A DNA stretch of 17,470 nucleotides from Acidobacteriota bacterium. GTDB taxonomy: Bacteria; Acidobacteriota; UBA6911; JACQSX01. Positions 17,434 to 17,470 of the stretch are shown one piece after another. Location of the stretch: contig DASXQR010000008.1 of assembly GCA_036507075.1 (NCBI GenBank), positions 1-17,470 on the forward strand, written 5' to 3'. Under the pieces are notes generated by a model. The model had not been told where the DNA came from, did not search any database, and worked only from the letters and a program-made list of their open reading frames with translations. Within the stretch, counting starts at the first letter, position 1. Every line of letters starts with the position of its first letter. The translations under genes and the position numbers were made by a program.

Positions 17434-17470
17434 CTGCCTCCTGCCTCCCGCCTCCCGCCTCCTGCCCCCT
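17434..17470. repeat. Heptamer tandem repeat C[T/C]GCCTC, at least 5 units, running off the window
   Basis: CTGCCTC CTGCCTC CCGCCTC CCGCCTC CTGCCCC CT. Confidence 0.85.

Overview
Bacterial DNA whose gene content suggests Acidobacteriota (inference from two Oar-like TonB-dependent receptors, a TPR protein and tandem beta-sandwich secreted proteins). There are three zones. (1) 1-4450: a cluster of secreted proteins, lower in GC by spot counts. It holds three paralogs of an uncharacterised beta-sandwich domain family (one with a C-terminal I9-like propeptide, one frameshifted), an Asp-box propeller whose signal peptide is frameshifted, and an AraC remnant. A ~67-bp direct repeat brackets two convergent gene tails. 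(2) 4685-14803: an intact core of TBDR, TBDR, TPR protein and a GH13 cyclomaltodextrinase/neopullulanase-like enzyme. (3) 14821-17470: a mosaic of a Gfo/Idh/MocA tail, a ~35-codon tyrosine recombinase fragment, a doubly frameshifted tandem XRE-HTH gene, a TonB-C domain protein, a probably truncated exported protein and a heptamer repeat. No rRNA, tRNA or CRISPR array was seen. All family calls come from motif recognition by eye, not from database searches.
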